From NCBI GenBank assembly GCA_963711835.1, contig CAVQFQ010000017.1, positions 384,001 through 448,000 on the forward strand: a stretch of DNA of 64,000 nt, written 5' to 3'. Positions 28,904 through 39,091 of this stretch are shown piece after piece. The stretch's first letter is position 1. Every line of letters begins with the position of its first letter. The DNA is from an uncultured delta proteobacterium. Lineage in GTDB: Bacteria > Desulfobacterota > RBG-13-43-22. Both the position numbers and the translations under genes were made by a program. The notes under the pieces were generated by a model that was not told the DNA's origin, did not search any database, and worked only from the letters and a program-made list of their open reading frames with translations.

Positions 28904-29998
28904 TTACCCGTCAATAAATTGCTTAATATGTTCGATTACGGTGCTTATTTGTTCCGAAGTTAACGTGGCGGCTGAGGGAAGGCTGATACCCTGTTCGGAA
29001 ATCGCTTTGCTTACCGGGAAGAAGCCCCCTCCCTGATAAAAAGGCATATCGGGTATGGGATAAAACAAAGGACGGCTTTCCACCTGGGATCGATGGAGGT
29101 AGTCAATCAGATCATCGCGCTTTTTGCCGGTTTCAGGGCGAACCAGGATCGAGTAAAGCCAGAAAACATTTTTGGCCCAGGTTTCCTCGGGAGGCAGGAC
29201 GATCCCGGTCACCTTTTCAAATCCTTGGGCATAGGCCTGAGCCACCCTTCTCTTCTGAGCAATCAGGTGATCCAGTTTTTTCATCTGTCCCAGGCCGATG
29301 GCGGCTTGAATGTTAGTCATGCGATAATTATAGCCGAGGATGGGATGCCAGTATTTCCTTTCTTTGGACATCCCGTGATCGCGAAGGATTCGGGCCCGCT
29401 CGGTCCACTCCGGATTGTTGGTGACGACCATCCCCCCTTCTCCGGTGGTGATGATCTTGTTGCCATAAAAGCTGAAACAACCCATATGGCCTATCGAACC
29501 GGCCTTCTTTCCTTTATATTCGGCACCATGGGCCTCCGCAGCATCCTCAATGACCCAGAGCCCGTAGGCAGAGGCTATTTCCAAAATAGGGTCCATATCG
29601 GCCGGATGACCGTAGAGGTGAACCGGTAATATCCCCTTGGTCCGCTGCGTAATCAGGTCCTTTAAGGCCCCGGGATCCATGGTCCAGGTCCGGGCATCCA
29701 CCTCGACAAAAACAGGCTTGGCCCCGCAATAACTTACGGCATTGGCCGTAGCAATGAAACTCAAAGCCGGTACCAAGACTTCATCGCCCGGACTTAACCC
29801 CAGGGTCGCTAAAGCCAGGTGTAGGGCCGCGGTTCCGTTGGAGGTGGCAATTCCATACCCGCTTCCGCAATACCCGGCAAAGGTGTTTTCAAATTCAGGG
29901 ATATAGGACCCCTGGGATGAAATCCAGCCGGTTTTCAGGCAATCCAAGACCAGGTCGATTTCTTGATTATCAATGAGAGGTTCCATGATGGGAATCAT
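28904..29998 (-). CDS. DegT-family aminotransferase, perosamine synthase-like (copy 3)
   Basis: NGTAALH, EDAAEAHG, FSFYGNKIITTGEGG, GYNYRMTNIQAA. Confidence 0.93.
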   Translation of the reverse strand: MIPIMEPLIDNQEIDLVLDCLKTGWISSQGSYIPEFENTFAGYCGSGYGIATSNGTAALHLALATLGLSPGDEVLVPALSFIATANAVSYCGAKPVFVEVDARTWTMDPGALKDLITQRTKGILPVHLYGHPADMDPILEIASAYGLWVIEDAAEAHGAEYKGKKAGSIGHMGCFSFYGNKIITTGEGGMVVTNNPEWTERARILRDHGMSKERKYWHPILGYNYRMTNIQAAIGLGQMKKLDHLIAQKRRVAQAYAQGFEKVTGIVLPPEETWAKNVFWLYSILVRPETGKKRDDLIDYLHRSQVESRPLFYPIPDMPFYQGGGFFPVSKAISEQGISLPSAATLTSEQISTVIEHIKQFIDG

Positions 29999-30377
29999 TG
30001 CTGCAAGACCTCAGAGTTCAGGGGCCGGCCCGATTCGGGAAGGATAGTCCCCAAGGCCCCTTACAATTTCAGGATTTGTCCAGACTGCTTTTAAGCATCT
30101 TTGTAAATTAGTTAATTTACCTGAGAGAAACAATATTTTCAAGAGATTACCGGCCCGGATTATCGGACTATGGCCCTTTATATCCTAACCCATTAAAATA
30201 ATGAATAAAAAAAATAAAAAGGGATGCTATTTTCCAAATTCTATGATAGACAATTAGCGGGAAAGAGGGCTCTCTTTGGGGAAGGGATGGCTTAAGGACG
30301 GCCCTTTATCATCGGGGATCCGGTTCCTGTTTAAACCTCATCCGTCCGAGAGGCACCATTAAGGGGGGAAAACTCCT

Positions 30378-33102
30378 GTGAGTGAAAAACGAGCTCGGGA
30401 CTGGCTGAAAGATAGTTTTATTTTGTTATTTTTGGCCGGCCTGGTCCTGATAAAATTCTGGGATTTCCTCGTTCCCGGGGATAAGCTGTTTTGGGGGGGG
30501 GGATTTTATTGAGATCACCTCCCCGAGGAATGCCTTTTATCAAAGTCTCCGGAAGGGATTCCTCATCCTTTGGGATACCCAGATCGGGGCCGGTATGCCC
30601 TATTTAGCCGAAGACTATGGGGTTTTCTATCCGATAGATCTGCTTATGGGGATGTTATATCCCAACTATTTTGATCCCTATCGACTCTCCGTTATCCACG
30701 CCCTGCATTTTTGGCTCGCAGGGGTGTTTATGTATCTCTATACCCGGCAACTGGACTTTTCCCGCATCCCCGCTTTACTGAGTTCCATCTGTTTGATGCT
30801 GGGGGGGTTTTTAATGGGCCATGCCGGACAAAGAAATGTGGTCGAAACCTATATCTGGCTCCCCCTGATCCTCACCTTTTTAGACAAGGCCCTCCTTCAA
30901 CGCCGGATAGTCTGGGCTGTCTTGGCCGGGTTGTTCCTGGCCGTCTCCTTTCTGGCCGGTCATCCCAATTTTTTTTATTTTATTCTTTTATTTGTTGCCT
31001 TCTATTTCCTTTTTAGACTGGTCCAAAGGATCGGGGATAAAGCCTGGAAAATGATGGCCTGGGATACCTCCTGCTTCCTGGTTTTTGGTTTGATTTGTCT
31101 CGGGGTTTCAGCCATCCAGTTACTGCCCTTATTGTCTACCAGTCTCAACACCCACCATGGAGCCCTGCCTTTTGAATGGAAGGCCGTTTATCCTTTTCCC
31201 CTTTTTAACCTGGCCCATTTAGTGATCCCCGGGGTTACCCAATGGACCGCCACGGACATTGGAGAACAATACGCTTACATCGGATTTCTTCCTTTACTGT
31301 TGGCCGGCTGGGCCATTTTACAAGGGAAAGATATCAGGGTCCGGTTCTTGGGTTTGGTCGTCCTTTTTTCTTTTATCGCTTCCTTGGGAGACCTGACTCC
31401 CCTGTACAAGCTCCTTTATGACCACCTGCCCGGACTGGATCAATTCCGTATCCCGGCCCGCTTTAATACCCTGATCATTTTCCCTCTGGCCCTTCTGGCT
31501 GGATTCGGATTTCAACGATTTTTTGGAGAGGGGAACCGGGAGGAGATCCAAAAGCGTCTAAAATCCATTAAAAGGTTGCTGGCCGGCTCCCTGGGAGTGG
31601 GATTGTTGATCCTGATTTGGGTTGGATTCTCCTTGCCCCCTCTTGAGCAGGGCACCGGACTCCTGGGACCCTGGATAAAACTGAAGGGAGCCTTCATCGG
31701 ATTTTTCTTAATCTGGGGGGCATCCTATATCCTGATCTCATTGAGGAATAGGAACTTCTCGCAGAGGTGGTCCAAGGTCTCCCTGGTCTTTCTGATCAGC
31801 CTCGATTTACTTTTTTTGGGCCGCCTTGACGGAAACTATTCAAGAAACAATCCAACCGGCCTTTCTCCCCAGGCTCACGAGGTTATTCGGGAGATTAAAA
31901 AGGACCCTTCCCTTTATAGAATAAGCAATATCGACCGCTGGTTATCCCCTTTCTGGTGTTATCAGGAAGGCCTTTCCGCCTATGATCTGGAAAACCTTTT
32001 GGGCTATGTGAACACGGTTGTTCCCAAGGATTATTTAGAGCTCCTGTTCCGGGTGGACCAGAATCCTAAACTCCTGGACCTGTTAAATGTCAAGTATTTC
32101 ATCGGAACAAACCCGCGCTACCCCAATGGACCGGAGCTGTGGAAAATAGGAGGACCCTTCGATGATAAAGAGCTTGAATTAAACGCCCCGGCCATCATTT
32201 CGGAGCTGACGGTAACCACTTTCTTAAGCCATTCTCAAGCCATCCCTCAGGGGCAGCCGGTGGCCCGGATTACTTTTATCGGAAAGGACGGTTCAGCTCA
32301 AGAGGTCCTGATACGGGCCGGAATTGAAACATCCGAGTGGGCCGTCGACCGGCCGGGGTTACATTGTTCACACCAAAAAGCCCGGGTGGTCGATTCCTGG
32401 GATATCCCGGGGGAAGGCTACCAGGGACATGCCTATGTTTTTTCAGCCCGTCTCTCCGACCCGGGAGAAATTTCAAAAATCGGCCTGCACTATCTTGCCC
32501 CGCAAGGAAGACTCTTAATAAAAAAAATACTGGTGAACCAGCAGGATATTCAAGGACTCTTAAAAAAGCATTTCCAACCCCTGGCCCCCAATGTCTATTA
32601 TAATAGTGCTTTTTTCCCCCGGGCCTTTATGATTGCCAAGGCAAAAGTGTTTCCTGCTGAAAAAGAATTACTCGAACAACTGGAACAGCTCGACCCCCAA
32701 AAGACTATTTTGATAAGTCAGTACCCCGATGGTTATAAGGAACCCCCGGAGCCCTCCTTTTCAAGGACCGAGGCAAAGATCATGCAATATTCCCCGCACC
32801 GGATAAAGATCGCAACCAAAACCAATCAAGACAAATTCTTGGTCCTGAGCGATACCTATCAATCCTCCTGGCAGGCCTGGATCGATCAAAGCCCTTCTCC
32901 TATTTTGAAAGTGAATTACGGACTGAGAGGGCTTTATGTCCCTAAAGGGGAGCACCAAATCGAGCTATCTTTCCGGTTCTATCCTTTTTACCTGGGCCTG
33001 GCCATCACGCTTATCAGTCTGGCCGCCATTATCGTTATAACCTGTTGGGCCTTGAGGCGAAAGGCCTCCGGGAGCCGGGGGGGTTCTAATGACCAGGGTT
33101 AA
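30378..33102 (+). pseudogene. YfhO-family (GT-C-like) membrane protein, frameshifted at a G10 tract (30493-30502)
   Basis: GTG 30378 frame reads MSEK...KLFWGG then stops; removing one G gives WGGDFIE...LWDTQIGAGMP, continuous with ORF 30595-33102, which has many TMs and a YfhO-like C-terminus (LVLSDTY..W.A...VNY.LRG..VP.G.H). Confidence 0.75.
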
Positions 33103-35827
33103 CCCGCCCCGTTCCCTGGTTCTTTTAGGGCTGATAAGCCTGCTCGCCGTCCATTTCCTTCTCCGCTGGATCATGGCTACCTCCCCTTTTCTGGCCGAGA
33201 CCTTCTACGATGAGGCCGTCACCGGTGAAATGGCCCTGCGCCTACTTAAAGGAGACCCCCAGCTTTTCTTTTGGGGACAACCCTACATGGGTGCTTTGGA
33301 AGCCTACCTGTCTGGATTTCTTTTTCATCTCTTCGGCCCGACGACCTTTGTCCTTCGCTCAACCGATATTTTAATTTGTGCCTTCATCCTTTTTTTAATA
33401 AATAGAATCGGCACCCTGACCGGTGGCGGACTGGTCGGTCTCTTGGGGGCTGCCTACTGGGCTTTTTCCCCTTTATACTTAAGCATGGTCGGCTTGTTGG
33501 CCACCGGAGGGCATGAAGAGGCCTGTGCCTTTGGGGCCTTTGTCCTTTTTGGCATCTGCTGGTTGACTTTTAAGGCTTCGAAAGGGTTGGGTGCTTTGTC
33601 CGCCCTGATCGGCATTACCGCCGGTCTGGGATGGTGGTCGAGCCTGTTATCCGCTCCCTTCCTGCTGGCCGGGGGAGTCGGTTTGGCTCTGGCACGGCCT
33701 CGGCTGCTCCTGAGCCGGGTCCCTTGGCTTCTGCTGGCCGGGTTCCTTTTGGGCTCTTTGCCTTTCTGGCTCTGGCAGTTCCGTTATGATTTTTTCACCT
33801 TTCGCTTCTTTGAAGGAGGCGGCCTGAAAGGGCTGACGGATTTCCTGTCAAAAATATATATTGTTCTCCGTTTCTCCCTCTTTCAATCCTGTCTCGGCGA
33901 TTGGTGGGATGGCCATAGCGTCCTGCCTTCGGTTTCTCCATTCCTGGCCTGGTTCATTTTCGTGGTGATCTACCTGCCGGTTTTTTTACTGGCCCTGGGG
34001 GTGGTGATTCGATGGCTCTGGCGGCTGGTCAATCGACAAAACCCTTTGCAAGGGCCCCTTGATCTGGTGGTCCTGACCTTCTGGGCCCTGGTTCTGAGTT
34101 TTTCAGCCAGTGATCGGGGGGCCAACGGCTCTTTGCGCTATTCCCTATCCCTTTATGTACCCTTTACGGTCTTAGTAGCCATCTGGTTGGGCCGGATCTT
34201 TCGATTTCACCGGATGGTCGGCTCCTTTGTCCTGGTCGGCCTCCTAAGTTTCAACCTCTTTATTCATCATCTCTTTCTGGAAGAATTCAAGAGCCTCCCC
34301 TACCGCCCTGTGGATCCATTGATTAAGGCCCTCAAGGATCGCGGAATCCGCTATGTTTATGCCGATAGCCGGATCTCCCAAGTGCTGACTTTTGAAAGCC
34401 GGGAAGAGATCATCGCTGCCGATTACTTCGGGCAGCGTAATTTGTATTACCTCCGGGCCGTTGATCAGGCCCCGGTAGATCAGGTAGCCATTGTGACCCA
34501 CCGGAGACTGGGCAACCCCTATCCGGAAACCATGGCTGCTTCTCTCCATCTTCTGGGAGGTCAGGCGGAGCGGGTAGAGGTGGGTGCCTATGTCTTCTGG
34601 TATCACTTTAAAGAACCTTCTGAGCCCCTCAGACCGGTTTCTCCTCAGAATTGGCGGTTCAGCGCCAGTCAAGAGGTCGGGCAGGCCCAACTAACTAAGG
34701 ATCGCGACCTGTTGACCTCCTGGAGGATTCTCAAGCGTGCCGGAGACTGGTTGTCCCTGGACCTGGGGAAACCCCGGTGGCTGGGACGAATCTCTCTCCT
34801 GCCTGGTCCTTTTGAATTCGGCCTCCCCTCCGGATTTACTATAGAACTGTCCCAGGATGGGAAGAAATGGGAAAAGGTGTCTGAGCTCGGCGTCAATGAT
34901 ATGTTGGCAGGTCTTTACTGGTACCAGGGGCGCCCGCGGCTTGACCATAATCCCCGCCTCCAGATTTCCTTTCCTCCCCGCCTGGCCCGGTTCCTGCGCA
35001 TCACCAACCTCCATACCCCGGAAGATCCGAAAGATCCCTGGACCATAGCTGAGCTGTTCGTCTATGAAGTTGCCGAGACCCCAACCCAGCCTTCAGGAAA
35101 GGCCCTGGAGGCTTATAAACAGGCCAAGGGCATCCTGGATCATTGGTTGGATGATCCTACCGGACCCCACCCTCTTTTCCCGGGGGTTTCCTTAGAGGTC
35201 CGACGAAGGCAGGTCAACTGGCAGACCGCGATGAAGTCCTTACAGAAGGCCATCGCCGAAGCGCCGGATTGGGAGGAATTTCATCAGGAATTCGGGACGG
35301 CCTTGGATAATGGGGGCTTTTTGAATCCGGATGGGAAACCAAGGCCTGCTAAACAATGGGATGTCAGGTCCCTCTTCCCCCATAAAGACCTAATAAAAAT
35401 ACCCCCTGCTCGGATCAGGGTCTCCTCGAACCGCAATCAATCAGAAACCGGCTTGGCTTTGGATGGGAATCCCCTAACCCGCTGGGGAAGTCTGCGGGGC
35501 CAGGAACCCGGGTTATTTTTTCAATTGGATCTGGGCGATTCCTTTCCAGTCGGGGGGTTCTCCTTATATTTGGACAGTTCCCTAAACGACTATCCCCGGA
35601 CGCTGATAGTAACGGCCTCCTCTGATGGAAAAACCTGGCAGGAGATTCAAAGCACCTCCCGGACTTATTATGCTATTGACGGAAACCGGGTTTATAAGAA
35701 AAGCTATTATTTCTTCACCCCGCTGCAGGTACGCTATTTAAAATTGTCCCAAATGGGCCAAGACCCGGTTTTTTGGTGGTCTATATATGAATTGGAGGTC
35801 TATGAACAGGCCAAACCCAGACCATGA
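33089..35827 (+). CDS. GT-C (PMT/ArnT-like) membrane glycosyltransferase with two F5/8-type C (discoidin) domains
   Basis: First-loop YDEA motif, FFWGQPYMG, about 11 TMs, then two domains with D....T.W, lDLG, S.DGK.W and W.I.EL motifs. Confidence 0.8.
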   Translation: MTRVNPPRSLVLLGLISLLAVHFLLRWIMATSPFLAETFYDEAVTGEMALRLLKGDPQLFFWGQPYMGALEAYLSGFLFHLFGPTTFVLRSTDILICAFILFLINRIGTLTGGGLVGLLGAAYWAFSPLYLSMVGLLATGGHEEACAFGAFVLFGICWLTFKASKGLGALSALIGITAGLGWWSSLLSAPFLLAGGVGLALARPRLLLSRVPWLLLAGFLLGSLPFWLWQFRYDFFTFRFFEGGGLKGLTDFLSKIYIVLRFSLFQSCLGDWWDGHSVLPSVSPFLAWFIFVVIYLPVFLLALGVVIRWLWRLVNRQNPLQGPLDLVVLTFWALVLSFSASDRGANGSLRYSLSLYVPFTVLVAIWLGRIFRFHRMVGSFVLVGLLSFNLFIHHLFLEEFKSLPYRPVDPLIKALKDRGIRYVYADSRISQVLTFESREEIIAADYFGQRNLYYLRAVDQAPVDQVAIVTHRRLGNPYPETMAASLHLLGGQAERVEVGAYVFWYHFKEPSEPLRPVSPQNWRFSASQEVGQAQLTKDRDLLTSWRILKRAGDWLSLDLGKPRWLGRISLLPGPFEFGLPSGFTIELSQDGKKWEKVSELGVNDMLAGLYWYQGRPRLDHNPRLQISFPPRLARFLRITNLHTPEDPKDPWTIAELFVYEVAETPTQPSGKALEAYKQAKGILDHWLDDPTGPHPLFPGVSLEVRRRQVNWQTAMKSLQKAIAEAPDWEEFHQEFGTALDNGGFLNPDGKPRPAKQWDVRSLFPHKDLIKIPPARIRVSSNRNQSETGLALDGNPLTRWGSLRGQEPGLFFQLDLGDSFPVGGFSLYLDSSLNDYPRTLIVTASSDGKTWQEIQSTSRTYYAIDGNRVYKKSYYFFTPLQVRYLKLSQMGQDPVFWWSIYELEVYEQAKPRP

Positions 35828-35867
35828 TGAAGACCTCTTGACGAGAGGATGAAAGGATGGTTCATTT

Positions 35868-38582
35868 TTGAAAAACGGATCAAGAACCGCTTGGTTACTT
35901 CTTGTGTTCGTCCTGCTTGGCTTTGGCCTCCGTCTGCTTTTTTTACTTACACCGACGTTGGACTCCGACCAGGCCGTGAATGGTTTGATGGCCCGCCATA
36001 TCCTGGAGGGCGCCTTTCCCCCTTTTTTTTACGGGCAGGATTATGCCGGAAGTATTCAGGCCTATTTGGTGGCCCCGGTTTTTTTCCTGCTGGGCGCTTC
36101 CCGTTTTACCTTGAATTTTGCGATCTGTCTGGAGTCCCTCTTTTTCATTCTTTTTATTTATTTTCTGGCCCGAGGCCTCTTTGACCAAAAAACAGCCCTC
36201 CTGTCGGCCCTGTTTTCAGCCTTTCCTTCCTATTACCTGGTTTTTCATTCGGTTCTGGCCCGTTCGGCCTACCTTGAAATACCGATCATTGGGGTCCTCC
36301 TTTTTATTTTTTGCCATCATAGTCTTTATGACCAGGCCCCCAGGAAGGGGACCTTTTTAGGGCTGGGCCTATTCTTGGGTCTGGGGCTCTGGACCCATTT
36401 CCTGATTATTTTTTATCTGCCTCCCATTTTTTTCCTTTTTTTCGTTAAAGATCCCTGGTTCTGGCGACGGCCGACCGCCCTTATGATCCTCCTGGGCATG
36501 GTCCTGGGAGGTCTGCCCCTTTGGATTCATAATATCCTTCATCCTTTGGTTACCTGGCATTTTCTCGAGGGGACATCCGGGGGCGGCGAACCGTTCCTGA
36601 CCTCCCTATGGGACTTTTTTCTGAATCGGTTCCCCGAGGTGCTGGGGATAAAAAATAATGATACCCGGGGCTATTACATCCCTTATCTTTCTTTCCCTCT
36701 CTATCTGGGTTATTTGGCTGTTTTTTCATTCCTTTTGCTGAGCCGGAGCAGGGGAATCGGCAACCTTATTGCACTGAGGCGCAGGCACAGCACCGGGTTG
36801 GATCTCCTGCTCCTTTTTCTTCTCTTTTTCCCATTCCTTTTCGCTCTCAGCGGCTTTTCCTCCGGCCATACCAGTCGGTATCTGCAGCCGCTATTTTCTG
36901 TCTTGCCCATCCTGCTGGCCGTATTTATCAGACAAGTAACCTCCTTTTCAGTTGCCCTGGCTTTCCTTTTCCTCCTTCTGCACCTTTTTTCGAATGTCTT
37001 CGGCACGCTGGCCAGGGCTCCCCTTCTCGACCAAAATCAAAGGAACCAATACCGGGAAGCCAGGAACAATGAGCAGAACTTATTCAAATTTTTATCGGAA
37101 AGGCAGATTAAAAGGGTCTATTGTCATGACTATTGGGCCTCAGCCCGATTAACCTTCGACGCCCGGGAAGAGATCATCTTTGCCCAGATGTTCCTGGACC
37201 GTTACCCGGCCTACACCGAGGCCATCGACCGCGATGAACGGGCGGCCTTTATTTTCCCCGGGGATAATGCGGATTTTGAAAAGACCTTAAAAGTCTTGGG
37301 CGGGACTTACCGCAAAAGTCAACCATACGGGTATAGTCTCTATTATGATTTTGTTCCCCCCCCTTTCCGGTACAGGGAGATACATCCGACCAGGTGGAGG
37401 GCAGTTTCCAATTATAATCCCCGGGAGGTGACCTATAGTTTCGATAGAGATTTTTCCACCCGCTGGACCTCCCTGGAACCCCAGAAACCGGGTCTGACCC
37501 TGCAGATCGATTTGGGAAAAATCTATGAGGACCTGGCTAAAATCAGCCTTATTTCCGGAAGGAACAACGACTTCCCCAGGGGCCTCCGTCTGGAGATCTC
37601 CCAGAATGGGAAGGACTGGCAGGTGGTATCTGAAGGTACGGGCTATTGGGGATCGCTTTTTTGGTCCGGCCCGCATCCCTTTTTCCGACCTCAGGAAGGC
37701 AGGTTTGACCTGACCTTCCCTCCCCAGTCGGGGCGGTTTTTAAAATTGACTCAACTGGGAGAGGATAAAACCTATTATTGGTCCGTAGCCGAATTGTTCA
37801 TTTATCAGGCCTTTCCCAAATCCCAAGAAAAATATCGCGGCTTAGAGCGTTTAATCTCACGGTTAAGGCAGAGGGAGCTGAAGCCTGTTTATGCCCATCC
37901 TTGGATTACTGCCCATCTCCCCTCTGCAATGCGGCCCAAGCCGGACCCGGAGGACCTCTCCGGGGAATTCGGCCCAATTCATAGGGCCCATCTTATCTCT
38001 CCTTTTACTGCCGCCGTCTTTGCGGTTGAGAAAGAAAAAGCCCCGGCCCTGGCAGCCGAGTTACGGCGTTTCTATTCCAGGCCTTTTCAGGAAGAGTCGG
38101 TTGACGACTATGTCATTTTCTCCATCCCTCCTCTACCGGCAGGTTTCCAGCCGATTTCCCGGAAAGGCTGGCAAGTCTCGGCCAATTATAATTCCCAAAC
38201 CGCCCGCCTGGCTATTGACGGCCAGATAGAAACCTCCTGGACCAGTAAAACCCCTCAGGTCCCGGGGATGTTTTTCCAGGTTGATTTGGGAAAAACTAAA
38301 AAGGTAGCTGGCCTGCGTCTTCTGGGGGGTGATTCGATAAATGACTTTCCCCGGGCATATCAGATCAAGGTTTCTCCTGACGGCCGGCACTGGAACTCCT
38401 TAACGTCGGTGCAGGCTCCCTCTTGGCTTTACTGGACAGGAGAAAATCTATTGAAATATCAAGGAAATATTGACTTAATCTTTTCTCCTGTCCCTATTCG
38501 CACCCTTCACCTGGTACAAACCGGTCAGTCGCAGACCTATTATTGGTCGATTCACGAGATGAGGCTCTATACCGTCGATTAG
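35868..38582 (+). CDS. GT-C membrane glycosyltransferase with two discoidin domains (paralogue of upstream gene)
   Basis: DSDQA, FFYGQDYAG, shared LTF..REEII, two discoidin repeats ending YYWSVAEL and YYWSIHEM. Confidence 0.8.
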   Translation: MKNGSRTAWLLLVFVLLGFGLRLLFLLTPTLDSDQAVNGLMARHILEGAFPPFFYGQDYAGSIQAYLVAPVFFLLGASRFTLNFAICLESLFFILFIYFLARGLFDQKTALLSALFSAFPSYYLVFHSVLARSAYLEIPIIGVLLFIFCHHSLYDQAPRKGTFLGLGLFLGLGLWTHFLIIFYLPPIFFLFFVKDPWFWRRPTALMILLGMVLGGLPLWIHNILHPLVTWHFLEGTSGGGEPFLTSLWDFFLNRFPEVLGIKNNDTRGYYIPYLSFPLYLGYLAVFSFLLLSRSRGIGNLIALRRRHSTGLDLLLLFLLFFPFLFALSGFSSGHTSRYLQPLFSVLPILLAVFIRQVTSFSVALAFLFLLLHLFSNVFGTLARAPLLDQNQRNQYREARNNEQNLFKFLSERQIKRVYCHDYWASARLTFDAREEIIFAQMFLDRYPAYTEAIDRDERAAFIFPGDNADFEKTLKVLGGTYRKSQPYGYSLYYDFVPPPFRYREIHPTRWRAVSNYNPREVTYSFDRDFSTRWTSLEPQKPGLTLQIDLGKIYEDLAKISLISGRNNDFPRGLRLEISQNGKDWQVVSEGTGYWGSLFWSGPHPFFRPQEGRFDLTFPPQSGRFLKLTQLGEDKTYYWSVAELFIYQAFPKSQEKYRGLERLISRLRQRELKPVYAHPWITAHLPSAMRPKPDPEDLSGEFGPIHRAHLISPFTAAVFAVEKEKAPALAAELRRFYSRPFQEESVDDYVIFSIPPLPAGFQPISRKGWQVSANYNSQTARLAIDGQIETSWTSKTPQVPGMFFQVDLGKTKKVAGLRLLGGDSINDFPRAYQIKVSPDGRHWNSLTSVQAPSWLYWTGENLLKYQGNIDLIFSPVPIRTLHLVQTGQSQTYYWSIHEMRLYTVD

Positions 38583-38670
38583 ATAAAAACCGTGGACTCC
38601 TGACGTGTCCTAACAGTCAGGATTCTGGTTGAGCCTCTCCGGCAGGGCCAATTAGTTCCCGGGGTTGCTA

Positions 38671-38699
38671 TTGACAAAAAACCGAAAGTTGATTAGAAT
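38671..38699 (+). promoter_or_regulatory. Sigma70 promoter of trxA-trxB-bamD
   Basis: TTGACA-N17-TAGAAT. Confidence 0.7.
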
Positions 38700-38749
38700 T
38701 CGTACAATTTTTTTATTGCCGACCGTTTCAGCGGCACAAGGGGGAATTT

Positions 38750-39079
38750 ATGGCCGAAAAAAACATAGAGCAAGTTACCGATGAAAATTTTCAAACCGAG
38801 ATCCTGGATGCCTCCATCCCGGCCCTGGTGGACTTCTGGGCCACCTGGTGCGGACCCTGCCGGGCTATCGCCCCGGTGGTCGAGGAGCTCGCTGTCCAAT
38901 ATGATGGCCAGCTTAAAGTGGGAAAATGCAATGTGGATGAGAATCCCAAAACCCCGGCGCAATTTGGAATCAGGGCCATACCGACCTTGATCCTGTTTAA
39001 AAAAGGGGCCGTGGTGGAGCAAATAACCGGGGCCGTTTCCAAGGCCACTTTGGAAACAGCCATCAAAAAGGCCCTCTAA
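38750..39079 (+). CDS. trxA: Thioredoxin
   Basis: DFWATWCGPC, cis-Pro IPTL. Confidence 0.97.
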   Translation: MAEKNIEQVTDENFQTEILDASIPALVDFWATWCGPCRAIAPVVEELAVQYDGQLKVGKCNVDENPKTPAQFGIRAIPTLILFKKGAVVEQITGAVSKATLETAIKKAL

Positions 39080-39091
39080 CCGGTTCCGGCC

